This document shows, piece by piece, positions 22,114 through 30,867 of a stretch of 64,000 nt of DNA. Source of the DNA: Candidatus Tayloriibacteriota bacterium (GTDB lineage: Bacteria; Patescibacteriota; Minisyncoccia; Phycocordibacterales; PALSA-1337); contig JBAXUB010000003.1 in NCBI GenBank assembly GCA_037129895.1, positions 2,699 through 66,698 on the forward strand, written 5' to 3'. A program made the translations under genes and the position numbers. The first letter of the stretch is position 1. Each line of letters begins with the position of its first letter. Below the pieces are notes generated by a model. It worked only from the letters and a program-made list of their open reading frames with translations. It was not told the DNA's origin and searched no databases.

Positions 22114-23763
22114 ATGAAATTTGATCAAGAAGCAATCATCAAAACCCTTTTGGATGGTAATTACATTACCGCAGATGATATAAAGAAGGCTGGAGAGTAT
22201 GCCGAGGAACATCGTGGCTCTCCGATCGAATACTTGATCACAGAAGGCCTGGCTAGCAATGATATCATCGGCCAAGCTATAGCTGAATCTCTCAAAGTTC
22301 CATATTCGAATCTGAAGACCAAAGAACCTTCCAAGGAACAGGTGTTGCTCATACCCGAGGAGATCGCAAAGAAATTTCATGTAGTCGTTTTCGATGAGAA
22401 CAGTCGCGAGACGATCATCGCTTCGGATGATCCAAAGAATGAAGACTTGGCGAAGGAGTTGGCGGTGATTTTCCCAAACAAGAAGATCAAACTCACTTTT
22501 TCACTATCTGATGATATCGACGCGGCATTCGTAGCATACCAACAAGGTTTGAAGACCAAGTTTTCCAAGATCATCGCAGCGAAGGGACGCATAGTTCCAG
22601 AGATCTGGGATCAAATATTCGAGGATGCATTGCTCCTCAAGACTTCCGATATACACTGTGAACCGCAGGAAAAGAAAGTTGTTATAAGATTCAGAATAGA
22701 TGGGATATTGCATGATGCTGGTGAGATACCAAAGGAATTCTATGAGAATGTTGTGAACAGGTTGAAGGTTCAAGCCAAGTTGCGTATCGATGAACATTTC
22801 AGTGCACAAGATGGTGCTATCCGTTATGTTCCCAAGAATTATCCTCATCCAGTCGATCTACGTGTATCTATCGTTCCTGTATTGGATGGTGAGAAGATCG
22901 CTATCCGTGTTCTATCATCATATGTGCGTGATCTCACATTGAGTGATGTTGGATTGTCAAAGGAATTGCAGGATCAGATCGAAAAGAGCTCAAAGAAACC
23001 ATTTGGTATGATACTAGTTACTGGTCCAACAGGTTCAGGTAAGACGACTACGCTCTATTCTATATTGAAAATAGTGAATACGCTGAAGACGAATATCACT
23101 ACGATCGAAGATCCTGTGGAGTACAAGATCGATGGTATCAATCAGATACAAGTGAACAATCAGACTAATCTGACTTTTGCCAAGGGTTTGAGAGCTATCA
23201 CACGTCAAGACCCCAATATCATCTTAGTTGGTGAGATCCGAGATCTGGAAACTGCAGACATCGCTGTGAATGCCTCATTGACTGGTCACCTCCTGTTCTC
23301 TACATTCCATGCTAACAACGCTTCAGCGGCGATTCCGAGATTCATAGATATGGGCATCGAACCATTTCTAGCAGGATCTACGATAGAGATGGTCATCGCA
23401 CAGAGATTGGTTCGTAGAATATGTGATTCATGCAAGGTGAGTCAGACGATGACCAAAGCAAAGATCAATAAGTTCGGCCCTGAGGTTAGTAAATATTTCG
23501 TCGGCGATAACTTTACATTCTATAGAGGCAAAGGCTGTGAGTCATGTTCGCATACAGGTTACAAGGGCCGCATCGGCATATTTGAGTTCATGACGACATC
23601 TCCTGAATTGCAGGACCTCATCGGCAAGAGTCCATCGACAAAGGATGTATTGTCATTGGTCCGGACACAAGGCTTCAAAACAATGTTCGAAGATGGGGTC
23701 GAAAAAATCAAAGCTGGCATCACGACTATAGATGAATTGTTGCGCGTTATCACACCACAATAA
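22114..23763 (+). CDS. pilB: Type IV pilus assembly ATPase (PilB/GspE)
   Basis: GPTGSGKTT, TIEDPVE, RQDPNIILVGEIRD, STFH and two CxxC. Confidence 0.93.
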   Translation: MKFDQEAIIKTLLDGNYITADDIKKAGEYAEEHRGSPIEYLITEGLASNDIIGQAIAESLKVPYSNLKTKEPSKEQVLLIPEEIAKKFHVVVFDENSRETIIASDDPKNEDLAKELAVIFPNKKIKLTFSLSDDIDAAFVAYQQGLKTKFSKIIAAKGRIVPEIWDQIFEDALLLKTSDIHCEPQEKKVVIRFRIDGILHDAGEIPKEFYENVVNRLKVQAKLRIDEHFSAQDGAIRYVPKNYPHPVDLRVSIVPVLDGEKIAIRVLSSYVRDLTLSDVGLSKELQDQIEKSSKKPFGMILVTGPTGSGKTTTLYSILKIVNTLKTNITTIEDPVEYKIDGINQIQVNNQTNLTFAKGLRAITRQDPNIILVGEIRDLETADIAVNASLTGHLLFSTFHANNASAAIPRFIDMGIEPFLAGSTIEMVIAQRLVRRICDSCKVSQTMTKAKINKFGPEVSKYFVGDNFTFYRGKGCESCSHTGYKGRIGIFEFMTTSPELQDLIGKSPSTKDVLSLVRTQGFKTMFEDGVEKIKAGITTIDELLRVITPQ

Positions 23764-23769
23764 AAATAT

Positions 23770-24906
23770 ATGAGACCTATAGACGTACGCAGATCATATG
23801 AAAAGAAGGGTTTTACAAAACCGGTTTTCGAATATCGTCCAGATTGGCCATATATCAGCGTAGGTTTCGGAGATGAACAGGATTATCTGATAGAGAATCT
23901 GAGTCTACTCATATCATCGGGTATGGGGATATCTAGTGCACTAGAAGCGATCAGAGTTTCGATAAAGGGTAGGAGATTGAAGAAGATCACCAAAGCCATA
24001 GAGTCTATGGTGAATGACGGCATGCCTCTCTGGCAAGCATTCGAGGTGACGAAATTATTATCTGATCGAGTTATATCGATCATCAGATCAGGTGAAGAAG
24101 CGGGAAAACTTCCAGAACACCTGAACTTGGTGACTATACAGACACACAAGGAAAAAGTCTTCAATTCTAGACTGAAATCAGCTCTACTATATCCTGGCAT
24201 CGTCCTCATCTTGGCTTTCATCGTCGCTGTCGGTAGTACATGGATCGTCCTGCCAAAACTGGTGTCAGTATTTCAAACAGCCAAGGGAGATCTGCCATTC
24301 GCAACGAAGACGATGTTGTGGTTGGGTACATTTATGTCAGATTATGGTGCTATCGTGGCGCCAGCCGTCATTGCGGCGGTTCTCGTACTAGTTTTCTTTG
24401 TCTTTTTCTTCAAGAAAACCAAGTTCATCGGGGATTATATATTGTTCTCGATTCCAGGAGTGAGGTCACTCATACAAGGCGTCGAATTGGCGAGGTTCGG
24501 GTATATAACCGGGGTATTGTTGCAAGCGGGATTCCAGGTCAATGAAGCATTGGAATCAGTGAAGAAAGGCACAACATACGCACAATATAGGAAGTTCTAT
24601 GAGCATCTCCAGCTCAATATCATAAACGGCGAATCATTCAAGAAATCGGTTTCATCATTCAAGAAGGCTGATAAATATCTACCAATCCCTATTCAGCAAC
24701 TTATTTTCTCTTCTGAACAGTCTGGAAAGTTATCCGAAACTCTGATCAAGATCGGAGTGATATTCGAAGAAAAGACCGAAGCTATGTCGAGAGATCTGAG
24801 TACAGTATTGGAACCAGTCATCTTGATCGTAGTTGGTCTAGTCGTCGGTTTCGTCGTGCTTGCGATCATGGGACCAATATATGGATTATCAAATCAAATA
24901 TTATAA
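23770..24906 (+). CDS. pilC: Type IV pilus platform protein (PilC/GspF)
   Basis: GEEAGKL, ALLYP and LEP motifs in two T2SSF repeats. Confidence 0.92.
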   Translation: MRPIDVRRSYEKKGFTKPVFEYRPDWPYISVGFGDEQDYLIENLSLLISSGMGISSALEAIRVSIKGRRLKKITKAIESMVNDGMPLWQAFEVTKLLSDRVISIIRSGEEAGKLPEHLNLVTIQTHKEKVFNSRLKSALLYPGIVLILAFIVAVGSTWIVLPKLVSVFQTAKGDLPFATKTMLWLGTFMSDYGAIVAPAVIAAVLVLVFFVFFFKKTKFIGDYILFSIPGVRSLIQGVELARFGYITGVLLQAGFQVNEALESVKKGTTYAQYRKFYEHLQLNIINGESFKKSVSSFKKADKYLPIPIQQLIFSSEQSGKLSETLIKIGVIFEEKTEAMSRDLSTVLEPVILIVVGLVVGFVVLAIMGPIYGLSNQIL

Positions 24907-25330
24907 TAGAGGGTTTTCTTTGGTAGAACTTTTGATAGTGATAGGCATCATTGCACTATTCGCTACAACTTCTACTGGTGTCTATTATAGTCTGAGGTCA
25001 AATACTAGTTTGGAATTGAATACTGGAAGTATAGTAGAGGCCGTCCGACTCGCACAATCTAGCGCCCAATCGGGTAAAGGCGATGCAAAATGGGGGGTCA
25101 AAATATCTGCCAATCAGTTGACGATCTTCGAGGGCAATAGTTATTCTGCTAGGAATGCTTCAGCCGATCAGGTCTATGGTATCTCGGGGGATGTCAGCAT
25201 GAGTGGTGTTAGCGAGATAGTTTTCGAGAAGGTCACGGGTGCAACGACTGGTGCGGGTACGATCACGGTTACCAACGGTTCTGGAGTTAGGAATATTATA
25301 ATAAATGAAAAAGGAACAGTTATATATTGA
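24881..25330 (+). CDS. Type IV pilin (FimT-like)
   Basis: GFSLVELLIV. Confidence 0.85.
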   Translation: MDYQIKYYNRGFSLVELLIVIGIIALFATTSTGVYYSLRSNTSLELNTGSIVEAVRLAQSSAQSGKGDAKWGVKISANQLTIFEGNSYSARNASADQVYGISGDVSMSGVSEIVFEKVTGATTGAGTITVTNGSGVRNIIINEKGTVIY

Positions 25331-27551
25331 TATGTATAATAGAACTGATAAATCAAATACTCACTTGGCTCGCTCTGTTCGTACGAGTCGCTCGGCTGGA
25401 TTTTCTCTAGTCGAAATACTCGTTTCGATCTCTATATTCGTTATATTCGTCATAGCGGCGTCGGGTACCATAACTGATGTATCGAGACAGTCAAAGAATT
25501 CTGCCAACAAGGAAAGAGCAGCAGTCCTCGTAGAAGAGGCATTCGAAGCATCGAGAAATATTCGCGATGCCAATTTCGATAATCTCATCGATGGCTCATA
25601 CGGACTTTCTACATCGAGTAATATGTGGAATTTTTCTGGAACGTCTGATCTCACAGATCTGTTTACTAGAGTGATCAATATTTCGACAATCAGTCCTGAT
25701 CAGAAGAAGATCTCCGTGGCTGTTTCCTGGGCTGATCAGGCTTCAACTTCCAACACCTTTTCCATGAGTACATATCTCACACGTTGGCGTACCATTCTGA
25801 ACAATCAAGCAGGACTCACAGTGAACAAATCGGTAGTGAACCATGGCGGATCTAAGGTCGCTGCTGATTTTGCACCATATATGGCTGGTACTACTACGTT
25901 GACAGTTGGAGTTGCATCTATGCTAGATCCTGGATCTTACACAATCACCGAAAGTGTTGACCCAAATTACATTCAAACATTCAGTGGGGATTGTGATAGT
26001 GGTGGTAATATCACACTTGGCGCTAGTACTACCAATACTTGTCTCATCACCAATGAAGAAAAGCCTTCTAGGCTCACAGTGACCAAGGTGGTGACGAATC
26101 ATGGTCTATCAAAAACTATCTCAGACTTTACTCTGCTCGTAGATGCAAATCCAGTCACTTCTGGTGTAACAAATACTTTCAATTCTGGTATACATACAGT
26201 TTCTGAGGTTGCAGATAGTAGTTACAACACCACATTCAGCGGTGATTGTAATTCTATAGGTTCTGTCACACTAGCACCTAATACCACAAAAGCTTGTACA
26301 TTGACCAATGAAGAAAATCTAGCAAGCATATATATTACGAAAACAGTTATCAATCATGGTGATTCTAAGGTAGCCGCCGATTTTCAACCTTATCAAGTTG
26401 GGAATGCATCGGGTACAACTACGGTTAGTCTGAATGCTACAACAACCAAGAATTCTGGCACGTACTACGTCTCAGAGGTGATCGTTAATAAATATACGAA
26501 AACATATAGTGGGGATTGCAATGCGAGTGGTTTGATCACTCTGACTAGTGGAACAACGAAGTATTGTCACCTAACAAATGAAGAAGTACTTGTGAATGCA
26601 GTCCCTGACGTCACCACTCCTACAGTCTCATCTATTACCAATACCACTGCCACTCTCGGTGCGACTGTCACATCACTCGGCGTTCCAGCATCTATATCTG
26701 CACGCGGAACGTGTTGGGGAACGTCACCATCACCAACGACGAATTGTGTAGCCGAAGGCAATACGACAACTGGCGCATTCACTCAAGCTAGGACAGGACT
26801 CGCTATGGCTACTACGTATTACTATCGAGGTTATGCAACGAATACTACTGGCACGGGGTATTCTGCTGACGGTACATTCACAACGACTGGTTGTTCGACC
26901 GCATCATCTGTAGTTGGTACTCCGACGCTGTATGATTCTGCTTCATCAAACTCGGCCCTGGTCTCGAAGCCTACAGGAGTTACAACTGGTGACATCATGT
27001 TCGCACATATTCTACATAATGCTGCTAATAATAGTGATCGCTTGAATGCTATCCCTACGGGTTGGGTCCAAATCGCTCGCCACAGAAATGGAAATTACAA
27101 TCAGGCATTGTATTATCACGTCGCTGATGCAGCCGAGGGGGCCAATTATACTTTTGGCTTTTCGGGAAATATCAAAGCCGCGATTACTGTATCGGCATAT
27201 AGAGGCTGCTTCAATACAGCCAATCCTATAGCAGCCTCTTCTAGTGTTGAATATGTTGCGAATAATACTACATACCGTGCTGATACGATGACGTTACCAT
27301 CTGCCAATAGTACGATCCTCATGTTCCCAAGCATGTTTACTACTACAGTACGTACGTTCGCAAATCCTCTAACTCAGTCCGGTGGTTGGACAGAGGACTA
27401 CGATCAAGGTAGTACAGCGTCTGACTTCTCGAGAGCTGGGTATCGCAAGTTCATGTCTGCGTCTGGTGCAACGAATGTTATAGATAGTATCGGTCAGTCA
27501 GGGAGCACAGTTAAACACGCCTTTGGTGTAGGACTCACGCCGATCCCATGA
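25305..27551 (+). CDS. Large pilin-anchored adhesin with three Ig-like repeats and an FN3-like domain
   Basis: GFSLVEILV; three repeats of TVxKxVxNHG..FSGDC..CxxTNEE; TTYYYRGYATN. Confidence 0.8.
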   Translation: MKKEQLYIDMYNRTDKSNTHLARSVRTSRSAGFSLVEILVSISIFVIFVIAASGTITDVSRQSKNSANKERAAVLVEEAFEASRNIRDANFDNLIDGSYGLSTSSNMWNFSGTSDLTDLFTRVINISTISPDQKKISVAVSWADQASTSNTFSMSTYLTRWRTILNNQAGLTVNKSVVNHGGSKVAADFAPYMAGTTTLTVGVASMLDPGSYTITESVDPNYIQTFSGDCDSGGNITLGASTTNTCLITNEEKPSRLTVTKVVTNHGLSKTISDFTLLVDANPVTSGVTNTFNSGIHTVSEVADSSYNTTFSGDCNSIGSVTLAPNTTKACTLTNEENLASIYITKTVINHGDSKVAADFQPYQVGNASGTTTVSLNATTTKNSGTYYVSEVIVNKYTKTYSGDCNASGLITLTSGTTKYCHLTNEEVLVNAVPDVTTPTVSSITNTTATLGATVTSLGVPASISARGTCWGTSPSPTTNCVAEGNTTTGAFTQARTGLAMATTYYYRGYATNTTGTGYSADGTFTTTGCSTASSVVGTPTLYDSASSNSALVSKPTGVTTGDIMFAHILHNAANNSDRLNAIPTGWVQIARHRNGNYNQALYYHVADAAEGANYTFGFSGNIKAAITVSAYRGCFNTANPIAASSSVEYVANNTTYRADTMTLPSANSTILMFPSMFTTTVRTFANPLTQSGGWTEDYDQGSTASDFSRAGYRKFMSASGATNVIDSIGQSGSTVKHAFGVGLTPIP

Positions 27552-27558
27552 TGATCCT

Positions 27559-28092
27559 ATGATTTTCCATTCATTAAATATGAAACAAGTAAAACAAATA
27601 TCAGGCTTCAGTTTAGTAGAGACGCTAGTATACATAGCGATATTTTCGGTGCTCATTATTTCGATCACGAATTTCTTTGGTACGATGTCGGCATCTCGTA
27701 TACGCAATCAACTGACCCTAGAGGTCAATGATCAAGGCGCGAAAGTGATGAAGACGATAACTCAAGCGCTGAGGAATGCTAGTCAGGTCAACAGTCCGAC
27801 GATAGGGAATACGGGTGCGAGTCTCAGTCTAGTGACTGTGGCTCCTGTAACATCGCCGACAGTATTTTCTCTGAGTAATGGCACGATATTTGTAACGGAA
27901 GGGGCGGGAGTTGCAACAGCACTAACCAACAACAAGGTTATTGCGAATAGTCTCGTGTTCGCGAACTTATCACATCCATCAACTCCGAACATTGTGAAGA
28001 TCAGCTATACACTGACTAGTTCCACTACTGCCTCAGGTCCAGGTGGACAGTATTCATTTACTTTCAATGGAAGTGGGGCACTCAGGAAATAA
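27559..28092 (+). CDS. Minor type IV pilin
   Basis: GFSLVETLVY. Confidence 0.85.
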   Translation: MIFHSLNMKQVKQISGFSLVETLVYIAIFSVLIISITNFFGTMSASRIRNQLTLEVNDQGAKVMKTITQALRNASQVNSPTIGNTGASLSLVTVAPVTSPTVFSLSNGTIFVTEGAGVATALTNNKVIANSLVFANLSHPSTPNIVKISYTLTSSTTASGPGGQYSFTFNGSGALRK

Positions 28093-28093
28093 T

Positions 28094-28525
28094 ATGAAAA
28101 AATATCAATTAAATAAAGATTCAAAGGCAGCTCGACGCTCCGAGAGCATCTCTCAAGGTGGTTTTGCGACTCTATTCATCGTGATCGTTCTAGGGGCTGT
28201 TGTTCTGGCCCTCATATTCAACTTATCAACTAGTAGTGTTTGGTCTATCAAAGGCAGTACCGACACGAAAAATTCGAATGTAGCGAAGTCACTCACAAAC
28301 GCTTGTGCAGAAGTCGCTCTAGAGGCATTGCGTGAGAATCACAGTCTAACAGGTACAGCAAGTCTGGTATTGGATGGAAATACTTGTGAATATACAGTTA
28401 CGAATACTGGTGGTGATACGAGACAGGTTGTAGCGTCGAGTACTTATAGTGGCATCGTACGTAAGTTGACTATAAATACTAGTACTTTCAATCCACTGGT
28501 CATATCTAGCTGGGTTGAGAATTAA
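28094..28525 (+). CDS. PilX-like minor pilin
   Basis: GFATL without E5; ACAEVAL; ISSW. Confidence 0.75.
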   Translation: MKKYQLNKDSKAARRSESISQGGFATLFIVIVLGAVVLALIFNLSTSSVWSIKGSTDTKNSNVAKSLTNACAEVALEALRENHSLTGTASLVLDGNTCEYTVTNTGGDTRQVVASSTYSGIVRKLTINTSTFNPLVISSWVEN

Positions 28526-28613
28526 ACGAGTATATGAGTTGATAGAGAAAATGCGCATATTTCATTTTATCTGCAACATAGTGTAAAATATAGACGATCT
28601 AGTTCAAAAAAAC

Positions 28614-29612
28614 ATGAAAAAAATCACGATCATTTCAGCATGTGTTATTTTGCTCATTGCTATCGCTGGTGGATTGTTTCTGTTTGGGCAATTCCAAAAT
28701 CAATCTCTAGGAACGATCAAATACGGCTATCAGGACTGGCCAGGTGTATTGCCTTATCTCATTGCATACGAAAAAGGATTCTATAAAAATAGAGGTTTAG
28801 ATGTTGTATTGGTCAAAGAAGACTCATATGTCAAGGAACTTGAGGATCTGATAAGCGGCGCTATAGATTTCAGTGGGGACGTTGCCCTCATCGATGTGGT
28901 AAAAAGAGTCAGTAAAGGGGTAAATCTCTCAGTTGTCTTGGCAACTGATTACTCGAACGGCGCGGATGGATTTGTTGCCAATAGTTCCGTGAAAAGTATC
29001 ACTGGCCTCAAGGGCAAGAATGTGTCGGTCGAGATGGATACGTTGGGCGAATATCTACTATATGAAGCACTGAAAAAGGACAATTTGAAACTGACTGATA
29101 TAAAGGAGGTCAATCTTTCTGCACAGGACGCCGCACAGGCTTTCATAGACAAAAAGGTAGATGCAGCTGTTAGTTATGGACCGAACTTGAGTCGTGCTGT
29201 TACGGATGGTGATGGGGCGATACTGTATTCATCAGCCAATTCGCCTGGACTCATCATCGATGTTCTAGCTTTTCGAAGCGATTTTGTAAAAAACAATCCA
29301 GCCAAAGTCTCGGCTGTAGTCGGTGCCTATGCCGATGCTATGGATTTTATAGAAAAGAATCCCGGTGATGCCTATACTATAGGTGCGAAATATTTTGGGA
29401 TTTCGGTTGAAGCACTCACAGGTCAATTGAAGGGTATAAAATTGATGTCTATAAGTGAAAATATGGATCTCATGTCATTCGGAAGCGGCAAGGATTCTAT
29501 CCATGGTCTTATAAATAATGCGTATGATTTTCTGAAATTAAAAGGTGATATAGTTGGAGACATAGATACGACAGAGATAGTTGATCATAGTTATGTGCGT
29601 GGAATAATGTGA
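28614..29612 (+). CDS. ABC-type substrate-binding protein (SsuA/THI5/NMT1-like)
   Basis: DWPG, DYSNGADG, LKGK, VDAAV; no permease or ATPase adjacent. Confidence 0.85.
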   Translation: MKKITIISACVILLIAIAGGLFLFGQFQNQSLGTIKYGYQDWPGVLPYLIAYEKGFYKNRGLDVVLVKEDSYVKELEDLISGAIDFSGDVALIDVVKRVSKGVNLSVVLATDYSNGADGFVANSSVKSITGLKGKNVSVEMDTLGEYLLYEALKKDNLKLTDIKEVNLSAQDAAQAFIDKKVDAAVSYGPNLSRAVTDGDGAILYSSANSPGLIIDVLAFRSDFVKNNPAKVSAVVGAYADAMDFIEKNPGDAYTIGAKYFGISVEALTGQLKGIKLMSISENMDLMSFGSGKDSIHGLINNAYDFLKLKGDIVGDIDTTEIVDHSYVRGIM

Positions 29613-29619
29613 TACCAAT

Positions 29620-30867
29620 ATGTCCATCAAACTCAAATTAAGCTTGGTAATAATTTCTGTCTTAACCATCGTCGGTTCAATGATGTGGGGCATACTATAT
29701 TGGCAGAATAATAGAGTATTGAATGATCATATGGCAGCTGATATCAAGAATGCTGTTAGCTACAATTCTCAGTTGGTCAATGCATATATGGACAGGATCC
29801 AATCGAGTGTCACTAGTTTAGCTAGCGACCCGTCGATAGTCGATGCCTTGGTGAGTAGAGATAAACGTAAACTTGAGCAGGCGAGCCTCAAGTTCACTAC
29901 TATTGTTGAGTCTGAAAATAGTGTTGAGGATATCGCCCTATTCGAAGTCCGTGGATCGGGGTGTATTGTTATCGCAACTAGTAAAGTAGCCCAGTCGATT
30001 GTCGGACAGAATTTCTCTGAACGCGATTATTGTAAAGGCGTCCTGAAAATTAAGGAGACATATGTATCATCTGCGTTCGTCGGGGTTGTCACAAAACATC
30101 CGAATATATCTGTCGTAGTGCCGGTCGAGAATTCTAATGGAGAGATGATCGGGTTTGTGATGGGTGTCGTCAAATTTGACGAGTTACGTGGATATTTGTG
30201 GGATCTTCAGAACGATAGCAAGGTAGAAATAATGGATCGTAATGGAGTGATGTTCCTGGACACGACGAGCAAGATCGAAACCCTAGGTAATCTATCTACT
30301 GTCGAAGATGCAGAGCTCATGGAAATAGAGCAGTCGATATCGAACGGTGTACACGAATGGTATTTTAGAGATGATGATAACTTCATTGGGTACAAGTTCA
30401 ATGGATCGATGACGATCATATATGAACAATCAGCAACTAGTTTGATGGGTCTTTCACATTCCCTGAATTATACGATTCTGGCGTCCTTACTCGTATTGAT
30501 CATCCTGTCATTCTTGGTTATATTTATCTTTTTGGACAGTATTACCAATCGAATTTCGAGGTTGAGTAAAATCTCTAGTGATATTGCCAATGGGCAGTTC
30601 AATATAGAGTTGAATGAAAAAGATATGAAAGCCAAAGATGAGACAGCTATTCTAGCTATGACTTTCGTTGATATGGCAAAGAAACTCAAGGACCTCTATG
30701 ACAATCTGGATAATAAAGTAAAGGAGCGTACTAGTGAATTGGAGAAAACTGGGGCCGATCTCAAGAAAGCTCTAGATGAATCGAGCAGACTCAATAAAGT
30801 CATGGTAGGTAGGGAAATCGAGATGGCCAAATTGAAGAAGGGGCAGGAGCAACAAAAAAATTCATGA
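29620..30867 (+). CDS. Cache-HAMP membrane sensor without a kinase domain
   Basis: TM, Cache (FSERDY), TM, HAMP (DETAILA..F..M), coiled coil ending MVGREIEM. Confidence 0.8.
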   Translation: MSIKLKLSLVIISVLTIVGSMMWGILYWQNNRVLNDHMAADIKNAVSYNSQLVNAYMDRIQSSVTSLASDPSIVDALVSRDKRKLEQASLKFTTIVESENSVEDIALFEVRGSGCIVIATSKVAQSIVGQNFSERDYCKGVLKIKETYVSSAFVGVVTKHPNISVVVPVENSNGEMIGFVMGVVKFDELRGYLWDLQNDSKVEIMDRNGVMFLDTTSKIETLGNLSTVEDAELMEIEQSISNGVHEWYFRDDDNFIGYKFNGSMTIIYEQSATSLMGLSHSLNYTILASLLVLIILSFLVIFIFLDSITNRISRLSKISSDIANGQFNIELNEKDMKAKDETAILAMTFVDMAKKLKDLYDNLDNKVKERTSELEKTGADLKKALDESSRLNKVMVGREIEMAKLKKGQEQQKNS

